A stretch of 64,000 bases of DNA, from assembly GCF_009914755.1 (NCBI RefSeq), contig NC_060928.1. One strand, written 5' to 3'. Under the pieces are notes generated by a model. It worked only from the letters and a program-made list of their open reading frames with translations. It was not told where the DNA came from and did not search any database. The DNA is from the human T2T-CHM13v2.0 reference genome, Homo sapiens. Below, piece after piece: positions 25,701 to 40,674 of this stretch. Within the stretch, counting starts at the first letter, position 1. Each line of letters begins with the position of its first letter. The translations under genes were made by a program, and so were the position numbers.

Positions 25701-26966
25701 GAATTTATATTTCCTTTCTCTATGGGAGAAACCCCAGTTCTGTGTTTGAGTGTATAGAATAATTCCACATAGGGAGAATTGCAGTAAACATTATAACCCT
25801 GTAATCTGCCTTGTATCTGTTAGACAATTAGTGAATGCTGTTGAAGAAATGAGTGAATCCTGTAGTTTTTCAGCACCACTTTTTTGTGTGTTAAGTCTCA
25901 TCCTTCTGCATATGTTTCTACATGTAAGAGATTAGTGCATAAACAATTTAACTGATCAAGATTGGTGAAGATCTTGTGCCCGCACCCATGAAAGTTTTCT
26001 ATAGCTATATAGTATCTATTGTATACAGGCCACGTTAGGAATGCATATTTTATAACTTGAATAATGTGTTAGCCTCTTACCTCTTCACTATATTGGTTAC
26101 CTTTCAAACATACAAGGGCTGAGTTCTTTCTCCCTTTAGATCTTAGCGTAAATGTCACTGCTTTGGGGAAGCTTTTCCAGCCCATGCCCCTAAGTTGTTT
26201 TCATTCTGTTGTTCTCTATTTGGAACCTCCTTTTTTTCTGTGACAGAGACAATTTAAGTTCTCCAAATATCCACATGTCCTCTTATATTTTGGGGCTTCT
26301 CTTTGCAATTAGATTGAGCCCATGTGACTACTGGACAATAGATTGTAAAAGGAAGAGACATTTTTGGAACCACTTCCAGACTGAGATGGTTAAAAGCTGT
26401 TGTGCCCTCCTCCTTCACTTCTGTTTCTGTTGCATTGTTCTTGGAAACTAGGTATTACAGATGGTTGTAAATTACAAAAAGTAGGGCAGTAGAATTCTTA
26501 TTGGACTTGACATGAATAAGAAATAAATACCCTTTTATAAATGACTGGGATTTCAGATTTTTTTAAACCTATAAACTCACAGATCAAAGAAGCTCACCAA
26601 ACTCTCAAGCTCATGAAACATGAAGAAAACTATGCCAAAGAACACCATAATCAAATTATTCAAAACCACTGATAGAAAAAAATCTTAAAAGCAATAAGGG
26701 GGTTGGGGGAGGGCATTACATACAAAGGAACAAAGAGGACAGTGACAGAATATTTATTGATAGAAACAATGCAAGCAAGAAGACAATAGAACAATATCTT
26801 TAAGTATTAAGAGGAAAAAAAACACCTGTAAACCCAAAATTCTATACCTAGTGAAAATACCTTCAAAAACAAAGGCAAAAAGTCTTTTATGAGACATGTG
26901 AGGAAGAGAGCTCAAAACTAAAAACAATTATTTACTAGCAGACCTATGATCTAAGAAATACTAAAA

Positions 26967-27255
26967 GGCCCGGGTGTGGTGGCTCATGCCTGTAATCCCT
27001 GCCCTTGTGGGTGGATCACTTGAGGTCAGGAGTTCAAGACCAGCCTGGCCAACATCGGGAAACCCCATCTCTACTGAAAATACAAAAATCAGCTGGGCAT
27101 TGTGGTGCACACCTGTAATCACAGCTACTCAGGAGGTTGAGACAGGAGGATTGCTTGGACCTGGGAAGTGGAGGTTGGAGTGAGCCAAGATCATGCCACT
27201 GGACTCCAGCCTGGGCAACAGAGCAAGACTCCATCTCAACAACCACAACAAAAAA
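26967..27255 (+). mobile_element. Alu (J/S) with small left-arm deletion
   Basis: ggcccgggtgtggtggctcatgcc start; ggaggccgag segment missing. Confidence 0.9.
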
Positions 27256-28447
27256 GAGATATTAAAGGAAGTCCTTCACCTAGATGGAAATGATACTAGA
27301 TGGAAATATGGATCTGTCCAAGGAATTAAGAGCTCTGGAAGTGGTAACTACCTGAATAAATATATATTATTCATGTATATATATGTTATAATATATTGTT
27401 CTTATTATTCAGATTATTTTAGAAGATAATTAATGTTTAACCAAAGCCAAAAACAATGTAGTTTGTGGTTTGTAACATACAATTAAAATGTATGGCAACA
27501 ATAGCACAAAAGTTTGTATGGAAGAAATGGTGGAATATTATCGTTTGATTCCTGTAATATATGTGAAATGACATAATATTACTTAAAGTTAGCCTGTGAT
27601 AAGTTAAACATGTATAATATGAAACTGAAAGCAACCATGAAAATAACACAACAAAGAGTTATAGCTAATAAGCCAACAGATAAGAAAAAGTAGAATGATC
27701 ACAGATATTCAGTTAATCTAAAGGAATATAGAACAATGGAGAAAAGACGACAAAGATGTTAAATTTATTCCTAGAAAATGTAATGTAAATAATCCAATTA
27801 AACATCAGAGGTTGTCAAATTGGTTAAAAATCAAGTCCCAACTGTATGTTGCTTACATGAAACTACACCTTAACTATAAGGACACAGGGAGGTTAAAGCA
27901 AAAGATTGGGAAATATATGCCATTCTAACATGAATCAAATGAAAGCTGGAAGAGCTATTTAATATGAAAGTATATTTCAGAGCAGAAAATATTACTTGGG
28001 ATAAAGAGGTCATTTCATAATAATTAAAGAGTTGGTTTATCAAAAGTAAATAACAACCTTAATATCTTATATACCTAATAAGAAAACTTCAAATTACATG
28101 AACCAAAAGCTAATATAATTGCAAGGAAAAATAATCAAATAAAAAATTATAGCCATGTTTCAAAACTTCTTAATAATGGAGAAAACAAGTAGACAGAAAA
28201 TCAGTAAAGAATATAGAATACTTGTAGTATGATATCAACCAATTTGACATAATTAAAATTTATAGAATACTCTCCCCCAAATGGCAGATAATACCCTTTC
28301 TTCAAGTTAATGTAGAATATTTACCAGTATATACCACATGCTAGGCCATAAAACTAATCTCAATTTTAAGAGAATTCATGTCACACAAAACATGTTCTCT
28401 GACCACAATGGAATTAAATTAAAAATGAGTAACAAAACCTTCTGGAA

Positions 28448-28817
<370 letters not shown>

Positions 28818-31313
28818 TCAAATAAGAAAATGAAAGAGAAATTTGAAATTGTTTTGAACTTTTTGTGAAAATGTAACACATCAAAGTTTGTGGGATTCTA
28901 TTAAAGCAGTACTTAAGGGAAATACACAGCACTAAACACATATCTTAGAAAAGAAAAAAAGGTCAGAAATCAGTAATCTCATCTTATACTTTAAGATGGT
29001 AGGAACATCAGAGCAAATTAAACACAACATAAAAACAAAAAAAGAAATAATAAAGAACAGAGTAGAAATTAATGAAATGTAAAATAGAAAATTCATAAAA
29101 ATCAGTAAAACCAAAGCTAGACCTATCAAGGAAAAGAATAGATACAACTGACCAATACCAGGACTTAGGGTGGTAATATCACTACAGATTCTACAGATAT
29201 TAAAAGGGCAGTAAGGGAATATTCTCAGTAACATTATCCCAATTTGACAAGTTAAATGAAATGGACAACTTCCTTGAAAGATATACATTACCAAAGCTCA
29301 CTCAAAAAGAAATGTCTTAATAGCTCTGTTAAGCAATTGACTTTGTAGTTCAAATCCATTCCACAATGAAAGCTCTATGTCCAGATGGCATCCCTGGTGA
29401 ATTTTACCAAATATTTAAGGAAGAATAGTGATAAAGAAGAGGGAATGCTTTCTAACACATTTGAAGCCAGCATTACTCTGTTACTAAAAACCTTGCAAAG
29501 ACATTACAAGAAAGGAGAATTATGAGTCGGTATCCTTCATGAAGATAGATTCAAAAGGTATTAACAAAACATTAACAAATCAAATCCAACAATTTAGAAA
29601 ACAATTCATCATGACCAAATGTGTTTTCTTTCAGGAATCCAATACAATTTAACATTAGAACAGTAAACAATGTATTTTACCATATTAACAAGCTAAAAAT
29701 GAAAATCATATAATCATTTCCATAGATACAGATAAAGTATTGGATAAATTTCATCATTAATTCCTGATGAGAAACTTTCAAGTAACTAATAATAGAAGAG
29801 AACTCTTTCAAGCTGATAAAGGGAATGTATGAAAAATCTATAGGCAACATCATAATTGATTATGAAACACTGAGTGTTTTCCTCTTACAATCAAGAAAGT
29901 CAAGGATGTCCACTATTACCATGTCTATTTAACATTTCACTGGAAATTCTAACTAGCACAATAAGACAAGAAAAGCAGATGACATGATTGTCCCATGGAA
30001 AATTCAAGGGAATCCATGAAAAAAAAAAAAAAAAAAAAAAACAGCTACTAGTACTAATAAGTGAGTTTAGCAAGATTGAAGGATACAAGCTTAATATAGA
30101 GGAATCGATTTTTATTCTGTATACTTTCAACCAGATATTGAAATTTTAAATATACATTTATAATAGCATCAAAAATATGAAATCCTTAGGCATAAATTTG
30201 ACAAAAGATGGGGAAAACCTATATATATTAAAAACTACAGAACATTTCTGAGACAAACTAAAGGAGGCCTAAATAAATGGATTAATAAACCATGTTTATG
30301 GATCAGAAGACTAAATACTGTTAAAATACCAATTTTCCTCCAACTGATTTGTAGGTTCAAGGTGACCTTTGGTAAAAACTTGGGAGAAACTGAATAAAAT
30401 TCATATGGAACTGCAAATGACCTAAAATGGTCCAAACAATTTTGAAAATGAGTAACGTGGAGGATTAACATTGCCTGATGTCAAAATGAGTTATAAAGCT
30501 ACAGTAAGCAAAGCAATGTAGTATTGGAATCAAGATAGAAAAACAGATCAATGAAACAAAATAGAAAGTCCAGAAAGAGATTCACACTTATATTGATAAC
30601 TGATTTCTGACAAAAGTGGAAAGGCAAATAAGTACAGAAAAGAATGCGATTTTCAACACATAGTACTGGCTGGAACAATCAGATATTCAAATGCAAAAGA
30701 ATATCTAGAAAAGAAATGCTAGAAATTAAAAACACTCTAACAGAAATGAAGAATGCTTTGATGGGCTCAACTGTAGACTGGAAATGGCCAGGAAAAGAAT
30801 CAGTAAGCTTGAAGTTATGCCAGTAGAAATTTCTCAAAATAAAACACAAAGAGGAAAAAAACCCAAACCGCTCCAGAATAGAATGTCAAAGAACTGTGGG
30901 ATATTTTCAAAAGGTACATGCATTTGGAATAGCAGGAGAAGAGAAAACAGGACAGAAAAAACTTTTGAAATAATCATCGCTGAAACTTTCTAAAAATAAT
31001 GACAGAGAGAATAGCAAGAGCAAAAATGGTAAAAGTATTTGAACAGACACTTCAAAGAAGAAATACAAATGGTAAATAAGCATATGAATAGATGTTCAAC
31101 ATCATTAGTCATTAGGGAAATTCAAATGAAAAGTATTAACAAGATACTACTGCAAACCCATTAGAATGGCTGAAATTAAAATATCAACTGACTATACTAT
31201 GTGTTGGTGATGATGTGGAGGGATAGTAACCATCATGTTCTCCTGTAGTGGAGATGCAAAATGGTACATTTTGGAAAACTGGAAAATAGTTTGGCAGTAT
31301 CTTAAAACGTTAA

Positions 31314-31315
<2 letters not shown>

Positions 31316-31355
<40 letters not shown>

Positions 31356-31435
31356 GTCCAGCCATTCCGTGCCTGTGTATTTACACACACACACACACAC
31401 ACACATTGGTCCAGCCATTCCGTGCCTGTGTATTT
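31316..31435. repeat. Duplicated (CA)n plus 29-bp unit
   Basis: Two (CA)n tracts, each followed by TGGTCCAGCCATTCCGTGCCTGTGTATTT. Confidence 0.95.
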
Positions 31436-31753
31436 CCCCAAAAGAAAATGAAACATAAGTCCATACAAGTATTTGTATATGAATGTTCATAGAACCTTTA
31501 TTTGTGATAACTAAAAACTAGAAACAACCCAAATGTTCATTAGCAGGTCAATGGATAAATAAACTGTGATATTCCATACAATAGAATACTACTCAGCAAT
31601 ATTAAGGAACAAAATATTGATGCATATTACAATATAGATTAATCTCAAAGTAATTATGCTGAGTGAAAGTATCTAGACAAGAGTATATACTCTGATTTCA
31701 TTTAAATAAAATTATATGAAATGAAAACTAATGAATTGACAGCATATCCGTGG

Positions 31754-32120
31754 TGTATTAGTCTGCTTCATCTATCATAAGAAAATACCATGGAATGAGA
31801 GGCTTAAACAGCAGAAATGTATTTTCTCACAGTCTGGAGGCTGAAAGTGTGCAATCACGGTGCCAGCATGGTTGGGTTCTAGTGAGAAGTTTCTTCCTAG
31901 CTTGCAGACAGAGCCTTCTCATTGTGTCCTCACATGATGAAGAAAGCAAGTTTTCTGGTTTCTCTTCTTATAAGGACACTAAATCATATCACAAGGGCCC
32001 TACCCTCATGAACTCATCTAAATCTAATTGGCCTCAGAAGTCCTATCTCTAAATACAATCACATTAAGTGTTACAGCTTTAATATATGAATTTCGGGGGG
32101 ACATAATTCAGTCCATAACA
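31754..32120. mobile_element. MaLR LTR (MLT1A0-like)
   Basis: tgtattagtctgc...ggcttaaacagcagaaat...aattcagtccataaca. Confidence 0.85.
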
Positions 32121-32244
32121 AATGTTTATAGATAGTTGGAGCTGAGGGGATAGGAAAGAGAGGAAAGGATTATGAAGAGAGTAGGAGGAAAGTTTTCAGA
32201 ATGGTAAATATGTTCATTATCTTGACTAGGATTCTGGTTTTATA

Positions 32245-32439
32245 GGTATATATATATATGTGTATGCATATGTATATATATGGGTATATATATGTGTATA
32301 CATATGTATATATATGGGTATATATATATGTGTATACATATGTATATATATGGGTATATATATATATGTGTATACATATGTATATATATGGGTATATATA
32401 TATGTGTATACATATGTATATATATGGGTATATATATAT
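32245..32439. repeat. AT-rich minisatellite, about 5 copies of a 34-38-bp unit
   Basis: GGGT(AT)nGTGTATACATATGTATATATAT repeated. Confidence 0.95.
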
Positions 32440-34399
32440 CAAAACCTATCAAATTGTACTCTCTAAATGTATGCAGTCTATTATATTCAAATATTCTTCA
32501 ATAAAGCTGTTTATCAAAAATGCAAATCTACTAGAAATAGAAAAAATACAATAAAACTATATAGTAAAGGACTCAAAAGAATGACAGGCACAGGACTCAG
32601 GATGAAATTTACATCTGTTTGGAGCAGGACGGAGAATGGACTAATTGGGTAGACTATAAGGTTAAATATAGATTAAGGTTAAATATAGATCAAGGCGATA
32701 ACTTTTGTTTGGGGTAGTAGATTTGCATATGCCTAATTTATTATGAAAAACTAATTTAAATTGCATTGTGTTTGGACCAATATTGAGGTTGTGTCACAAG
32801 CCCATGAATTATGATTAATCCAATTTCTGCACTTGAAGTTCATTCAAAGAAAAAATACCCAATATTTTGTTTCAAATTCTTTTTGACATTATTTGTTTAG
32901 TCACATAGAAGCAAAGCCATCCTCACACAATATTATTTATCCAACTTAAAAAGAAAAACTTTCTCAGAGGGAGGTTTATATCAAAGAGCTTATGAGCAAG
33001 GGGAAGAAAAGTGAAGACCACTCTCTTGCATGTAAAGTATGTTAACCACATGATGGCAGCATTGAGCAAGCAGTGTTTTTCTTCCCTTTTTTTTTTTTTT
33101 TTTTTTTAAAGATTAATGGTTTACACTGGAAGGTGAGTAAATCACTGAGATATAATTTACATAGCAGTGGGATTGGTTGGTGTCTATAGCCACTTATGTC
33201 TCTCTCTCTCATTCATATTCATGTGGAAACCATGCCCAGAGATTTTTAGTGGCTCAAATCTATAGAATTACATCTTTTTGAACAGTTATTATCAAAAATT
33301 TGTTATATCATCTAACTTGAGATGATTTGCTTTTCACAATATCTTCAAAATCATGAATTTTTTGGACAAGTTACTTTTTTATTTTTTTCTTTACCATTAT
33401 ATCCTCATCTGTTTTTGAGTGTATTCAGCTTGAAATGATGACAAAGCATTTACCAAAATCAAAAGGCCCTATGGAAGATGGATATTTCTCTGTGGAAAGT
33501 ATTTTAAAATATCTAGTTATATGATAGTTTTCTGACCCTCATCATTCATTTACCAGGTCAACGAATATTTACCTAGAATTTATGTAACTCTGTACTAGGT
33601 ACCCGGGGAAAAGGTACCTTTTAGTCAGGGTACTGACCAAATAGTCAGAAAGCAATTTGAGAATAAATCATTGTCCTTGAAAAGTTTGCAAGCAAGATTC
33701 CCAAAAAAACATCTTTTCTTTCTCCTTGTGTGTTTAAAAGAAGCTTATTAGAATTGGCCTGTTCACTAATCTAAGTGTTTTCTTCTATAGAATACACTAT
33801 TTCAAGGACAGTACTGTATATTTGACAGAAGTTACCAAGGGCTCAATAAACCAAGGTGTCCTTAACATTGCTTACAAGAACAAGGTAATTTTAGGATCTC
33901 CATATACTCTTCAGGTCACTTAAGATAATTATATAGGGTAAAGGTTAGCAACCTTTGCGTGATGTGTAGGTTCCAACTTCATTAATTTTTATTTTTTATT
34001 TTTTTACATCCTATGAAGTAAGCCTGCCTGAGGACATCCTGGGGCAGTTTTCGTGGCTGTAGGAGAGGCTCAGAAGGGTGGAGAACCAGACCCACCTTTT
34101 TCCGGCCTAGAGAACTCCTTCCAGTCTACCTCCAAGCTCCACTGTGTTCTCAGAATTTGGGGTGGAGTAGCTCAGCGAGGTTAGAGTGTGTTCCCATTCC
34201 TTTTCTGTCCCCTTGTCCCTTGATGTTGAAACAACTCTTAAATAATATTGGGAAAGTGGTAGGCATCTGATAAGTATTTGCTGTCTTGAAATCTTGATGT
34301 AGATCCCAGAGGGTGTAACTTAAATATTTATTGGCTTGAGAACAGTGAACACAGTTTCCAAAAGTATCTCTTATTTACTCTTAGAAAATAAATCATTGA

Positions 34400-34812
<413 letters not shown>

Positions 34813-35105
34813 CTCACTTATATATTCTAAACCCCTACTGGTAATATGGTAGACATTCAGTAAATATTTGTTGAGTAAATAAATGATTGAATTTTCAAGG
34901 GCATTGTATACACACTCAGGATGTGGACTTTGATCTATTAGCATAAAACTTTACCTGGTTGTTTTTTTTTTTCATGTCCAGAAAGGAAGAAGTAAATGAA
35001 AAACAAGAAACATGAATCTTTCACCTTAAATTTATGTTGGAGGATGTAATAGTACCAGATAGTCAATAAGGTAGATGCAACAATATGAAAAATTATGATT
35101 TTTAA

Positions 35106-35453
<348 letters not shown>

Positions 35454-35854
35454 TCTTTGTATTTTTAAAAGGAGGATGTTAGAGGATATGGAAGGATCAG
35501 ACATATTTTCCTTATGGCAGCCTGTTCTTCTTACTGTGTCCAGCTGCCCACTAATTTTGTCTCAGTTTCTTCATCTATAAATTAGGGTTAATAGTAGCCA
35601 TTTATTCAATAAATATTTATTGAGTGCCTCTATGGTCCAGGCACTATTATTTGTACTGTGGATCAGTGAAAAAGAAAAAGACAGAAATTTCTGTCCTTTT
35701 GAGTAGCAGAGGAGGCGGTTAAAAAATATATATAATAAATAAACAAATATATTTACTAGATGTTGATATGCTATCGGAAAAAGGAAGAAGTAGATCATGG
35801 TAGGAGGGATAGGATGTTGGAGGACAGGTTGTATTTTTATCTGACCGCCTCCCA

Positions 35855-38150
35855 ACATATTGTTATAAAAAATTCAAACATACAGGAAAACTAAAAGACT
35901 GGTACAATGAACACTCATATGCCTTCAAACTAGATTCTGTAGTTGTTAACATTATGCTATATTTGTTTTGTCACATACCTATCCATTTGTTCCTTCACCC
36001 GTCCATTTTATTTTTGAAGCATTTAAAGGTAAGAACACTTAATATACCCCTAAAACTTTAGTGTATACATCATTAAGGTTCATTATTTATGTTATGTGAA
36101 ATTTACATGCATTGAAATGTACACATCTTATATGTATTATTCCATAAGTTTTGAAAAATGCAAACTCTCATGTAATCTAAACCCCTATCATATTATGGAA
36201 CATTTTTGTCAACTGAGTTTCTTCATGCCACTTCCCAGACAGTCGCTATCTCTTTCATCCTCACACTCAGGTAACCACTGTTCTGATTTTTTTCGTATAC
36301 ATATTCCATTTCAATATCTTACTTTGTAAAGTGGCTGTTTAAAATGTTTAAAATGTTATTTTAAAATGTTATTTATTAAAAATATTATTTATCTTTTAAT
36401 GATTTAACTTTGAGTGCTTTTTTTTATATATCTGGTTACAAGTTCTTTAACTGATAGGTGTTTTGCAAATATTTTCTCCCAGTCTTTGGCTTACCTGTAC
36501 ATTTTCTTAATGGTGCCTTTTGATGAGCATAAGATTTTAATTTTTCTTAAGTTTAATTGGTGGTATTTTTATTTTATGCTTTATGTGTTTTGTGTTATTT
36601 TTAAGAAACCTTTTCTTACACCCAGCATACAATGATATTCTTCTAAATTTTCACCTAGAAACTATATAATTTTAACTTTTATGTTTAGATTTCTAATTGA
36701 TTTCTAGTTAATTTTTCTGTGTAGTATGAAATAGTCATCATAGTAAGTTTTGCCACCCCACCCCCTACAATATAGCTGCCTAGCTGTTCAAGTACTATTT
36801 GTTGAAAACACTTTGCTTTCGCATTGAATTACTATGGCATTTTTGTGGCATTCACATTCTATAAGTGTGACTCTAAAGCTGGGCTCTCTTTTCTTGTTCC
36901 ATTGATCTATTTGTCTGTTCTTATGCCTGTATCACACTGTCTAGATTACTGTAGCTTTGTAGCAAGTCTTGAAGTCAGGTATTATAAATCTTCTAACTCT
37001 GTTTTCAAGATTGCTTTGGATATTCTAAGTCCTTTAAATCTTCATATACATTTAAGAATCTAACAAAAAACGACATAGGATTATGATTGAGATGATTGCA
37101 ATGACTCTATAAATCAGTTTGGGAATTGACATCTTACCATCATTGAGTCTTCCAATCTATGAACATGGTATGCCTTTTATTTATTTACGTCATTTGTCAG
37201 CAGTCTTTTGTAGTTCTTATTATAGATGTTATTCTCAAATTTTAAACAATTTACTCCTAAGCATTTTATGATTTGTCAGCTATTGTAAAGAGTATTTGTA
37301 AAATTTCATTTTTCTGATAGTTACTACTTGTATCAGGAATTCAATTGTTTTCTTATATTGACTTTGTAATCTTGCTTAATTCACTTTATTAGTTCTATTA
37401 ATTGTTTTATAAATTTTTAAGCATGCTCTGCATAAACAACTATGCCATCTGTGATCAGAGAATTTTACTTATTCTATTCTGATCTCTATGCCTCTTTATT
37501 TTTTTGTTATCTTATTACACCCACTAGGCCTTCCAACAAAGCATTAACTAGAAATTGTGGGAGTGGACCTTATTCAGATCTTGAGGGAAAAGGTTCAGTA
37601 TTTCACTATTAAGTAGGATGTTAATTGTAAAGTTTTTTATAAATGCCTGTATCAGATTGGGGACTTAAAGATTTGCTTCTCCTCTGGTGAACCACAGGTA
37701 CAATCTCTGGTAAGTTATCTTATCCTTAGATGAGCTTCTTGGGGTTTGTTTCCTGTGTGTTTGTTCAGGGGTCATTCAGAGATACAGAATTTGTATACAA
37801 TGTATGGGACTCCTTTCTGTGGCTTTCTCCTTTCCTGGATATATCGCTTCAATTTTCAACTACGGTGTTAGCCCCAAACTTCATCTTTTGATCTCTTAAG
37901 CAAGTAGGACTGAATATTTCTATCCAAATTCTAGCTGTCCTGTGGCTAGAAAAGCTTTTAAAGTGGAGAACTCTTTCAGTGATTTTTTTTTCTTTAAGCT
38001 ATCTACTTTCCTCTACATCTGTTTGTTTTTAGTGACTTTCCATTTTTTTCAGATAGTTGTTTTTGTATTTTTTCAAATGATTTTACTGAAGTTTGCAGTT
38101 GTTTTCTGTAAGAAGTTTAGTCCAATATAAGCTACTTCACAATCACTAGA
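35855..38150 (-). mobile_element. Cluster of old L1M fragments
   Basis: T-rich antisense ORF2/3'UTR-like segments (gcaaatattttctcccagtct, gtcttccaatctatgaacatgg). Confidence 0.7.
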
Positions 38151-38198
38151 AACTGAACCTACATTTTTAAATAGTGTGGTCAGAATTGTCCTCACTGA

Positions 38199-38599
38199 TG
38201 TTAATCAAGTTTAGCCTAAAGCTGCCTCCTTACATATTTAAGATTAGCCTAAAGGTTTTTCTGTATATTGTGAACTATAACAAGTAGAGGTGTAAACCAA
38301 TCGTGGCCCACACCTGTGCCAATCACTGAGTTTTGGCCAATCAAGTGTAGCCAGCTGCTCGAACCATGTTCAAATAAGGCAAACACTGAGCTGTAACCAA
38401 TCCAGTTGTTTCTGTACCTCACTTCTGATTTCTGTGTGTTGTGTCCCTTTTTTTTGTCTACAAATCTTCTTCTACCACATGGCTGTTCTGGAGTCTCTCT
38501 GAATCTGCTGTGATTCTGGGGGGCTGCCCAATTCGTTAATTGTTCATTGCTCAATTAAACATCTTTAAATTTAATTTGGCTGAAGTTTTTCTTTTAACA
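38199..38599 (+). mobile_element. ERV1 solo LTR (MER57-like)
   Basis: TGTTAA...TTAACA termini, ctga/gtga flanks, several CCAAT boxes, ATTAAA near the 3' end. Confidence 0.75.
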
Positions 38600-39200
38600 G
38601 TGAGAATGTGGTATTTAAGAAAACATTTGAAAGAAGGTAGGGATTTAGCCTAGGTGACAGTTCTTTTTTAGGAAAGCCTTCCAGGCAGATAGAAAGCTAT
38701 AGCTAAGGTGGCAAAATGCCTCATGTTTTCAAGGAACATCAAGGGGACCAGCTTGATGCTCACAGATTGAGAGAAGACGAGAGTAACCAGTGATGGGATT
38801 AGACACATAGCTATGGTTTTGGTGCAGTAAAAATCATGTAGAGCCTTGTTTGCAATTTTTAAGGTAATAACATTGCAGGGTTTTGAGAAAAGCAATGTGA
38901 TCAAATATGTACTTCAAAGGTATAACTCTATTGCTGTTTTGTGAATAAATTGTATGGTTGCACATATAGAAGAAGGAAACTAATTAGGAGGCTGTTTCAA
39001 GAATTGACAGGAAGAATAATGTTCACTCAAAGTAGAGTAGTATCATGAACATGGTGAGACTGATAAAGTGCTAGATATATTATTATGAAGAAAGTCAACA
39101 GATTTTCCAATGGTTTGGATGTTAGGTGTGAGAGAAAGAGGGATATTTAAGATGACTCCAGGTTTTCTTGGCAAGTAGCACAGAAGGATGGGTTTCCCAT

Positions 39201-39636
39201 TATGAACCCTGAAAATCTGAGACAAATGTCAGTTTATTTTGCCAAGGTTGAAGACATGCACCCATTAGACAGCCTCAGAGTCCTGAAAACATGTGCCCAA
39301 GGTAGTTGGGCCACAGCTTGGTTTTATACATTTTAGGGAGTCGTGAGACATCAATCAACATATGTAAGAAGTACACTGGTTCCATCCAGAAAGGCGGGGA
39401 CAACTTGAAGCAGGGGAGGAGTCTTCCAGGTCACAGGTAGGTGAGAGACAAATGGTTGTATTCTTTTGAGTTTCTGATAAGCCTTTCCAAAAGAGGCAAT
39501 CAGAACATTCCTCTATCTCAGTGAGCAGAAGGATGACTTTGAATAGAATGGGAGGCAGATTTGCTCTGAGCAGTTCCCAGCTTGAATTTTCCCTTTAGCT
39601 TAGTGATTTTGGGGGCCCAAGATTTTTTTTTTCACA
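39201..39636 (-). mobile_element. ERV1 solo LTR (MER4A-like)
   Basis: tttattttgccaaggttga...acatgtgcccaagg...ttcaca; CCAT duplication at 39197-39200 and 39637-39640; inside an L2. Confidence 0.8.
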
Positions 39637-40159
39637 CCATCAACTGAGATGGAGTAGTTATAAGTGAATCAGTTTAAGACAGACTGTGTCCTAAAAGGCT
39701 CACATTCATAAATGATAGAGATAATTAAACAACTAATATCATTAACTGAACTAGTGTGCTAAGTATTTTTTATAGCAGTTCCATGGGAAAGCAGAGGAAA
39801 AAAATATTGTTTCAATTTGTGATCATTTCAACAGGGGGCAATTGATCAATGCATTGAAGAATGAATAGGATGTGAAAAAAACTGAGAAGAAAGGATTAGT
39901 AGTGAAAAAAATCATCATGAGCAATAGCAATGCAGAAGTTAATGCTAAGGGCTTGGGGAAAGGACATGGTTTGGTGTGACTAGAGTGGAGGGCATGTGAT
40001 GATGATGGTTGGTAAAGGTATGGAACACACAGAGAAGAGACTATAGGAAAAATAAGCTAAAGGACACAATGTTTACTATACGGATGAGCTTGCACTTATC
40101 CAACAGATGTGGGGGAAGTGGAAGGTGGCATTTTTAAACAGTAATGTTGTAAAAATCTA

Positions 40160-40674
<515 letters not shown>

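Noticed and set aside
32170-32554. Tyr/Ile-rich ORFs in several frames
   Set aside because: Artefacts of the AT-rich minisatellite.
32657-32690. 17-bp perfect tandem duplication TAAGGTTAAATATAGAT
   Set aside because: Ordinary slippage duplication with no functional cue.
33609-33622. 14-bp palindrome AAAAGGTACCTTTT
   Set aside because: A few palindromes of this size are expected by chance in 64 kb of AT-rich DNA.
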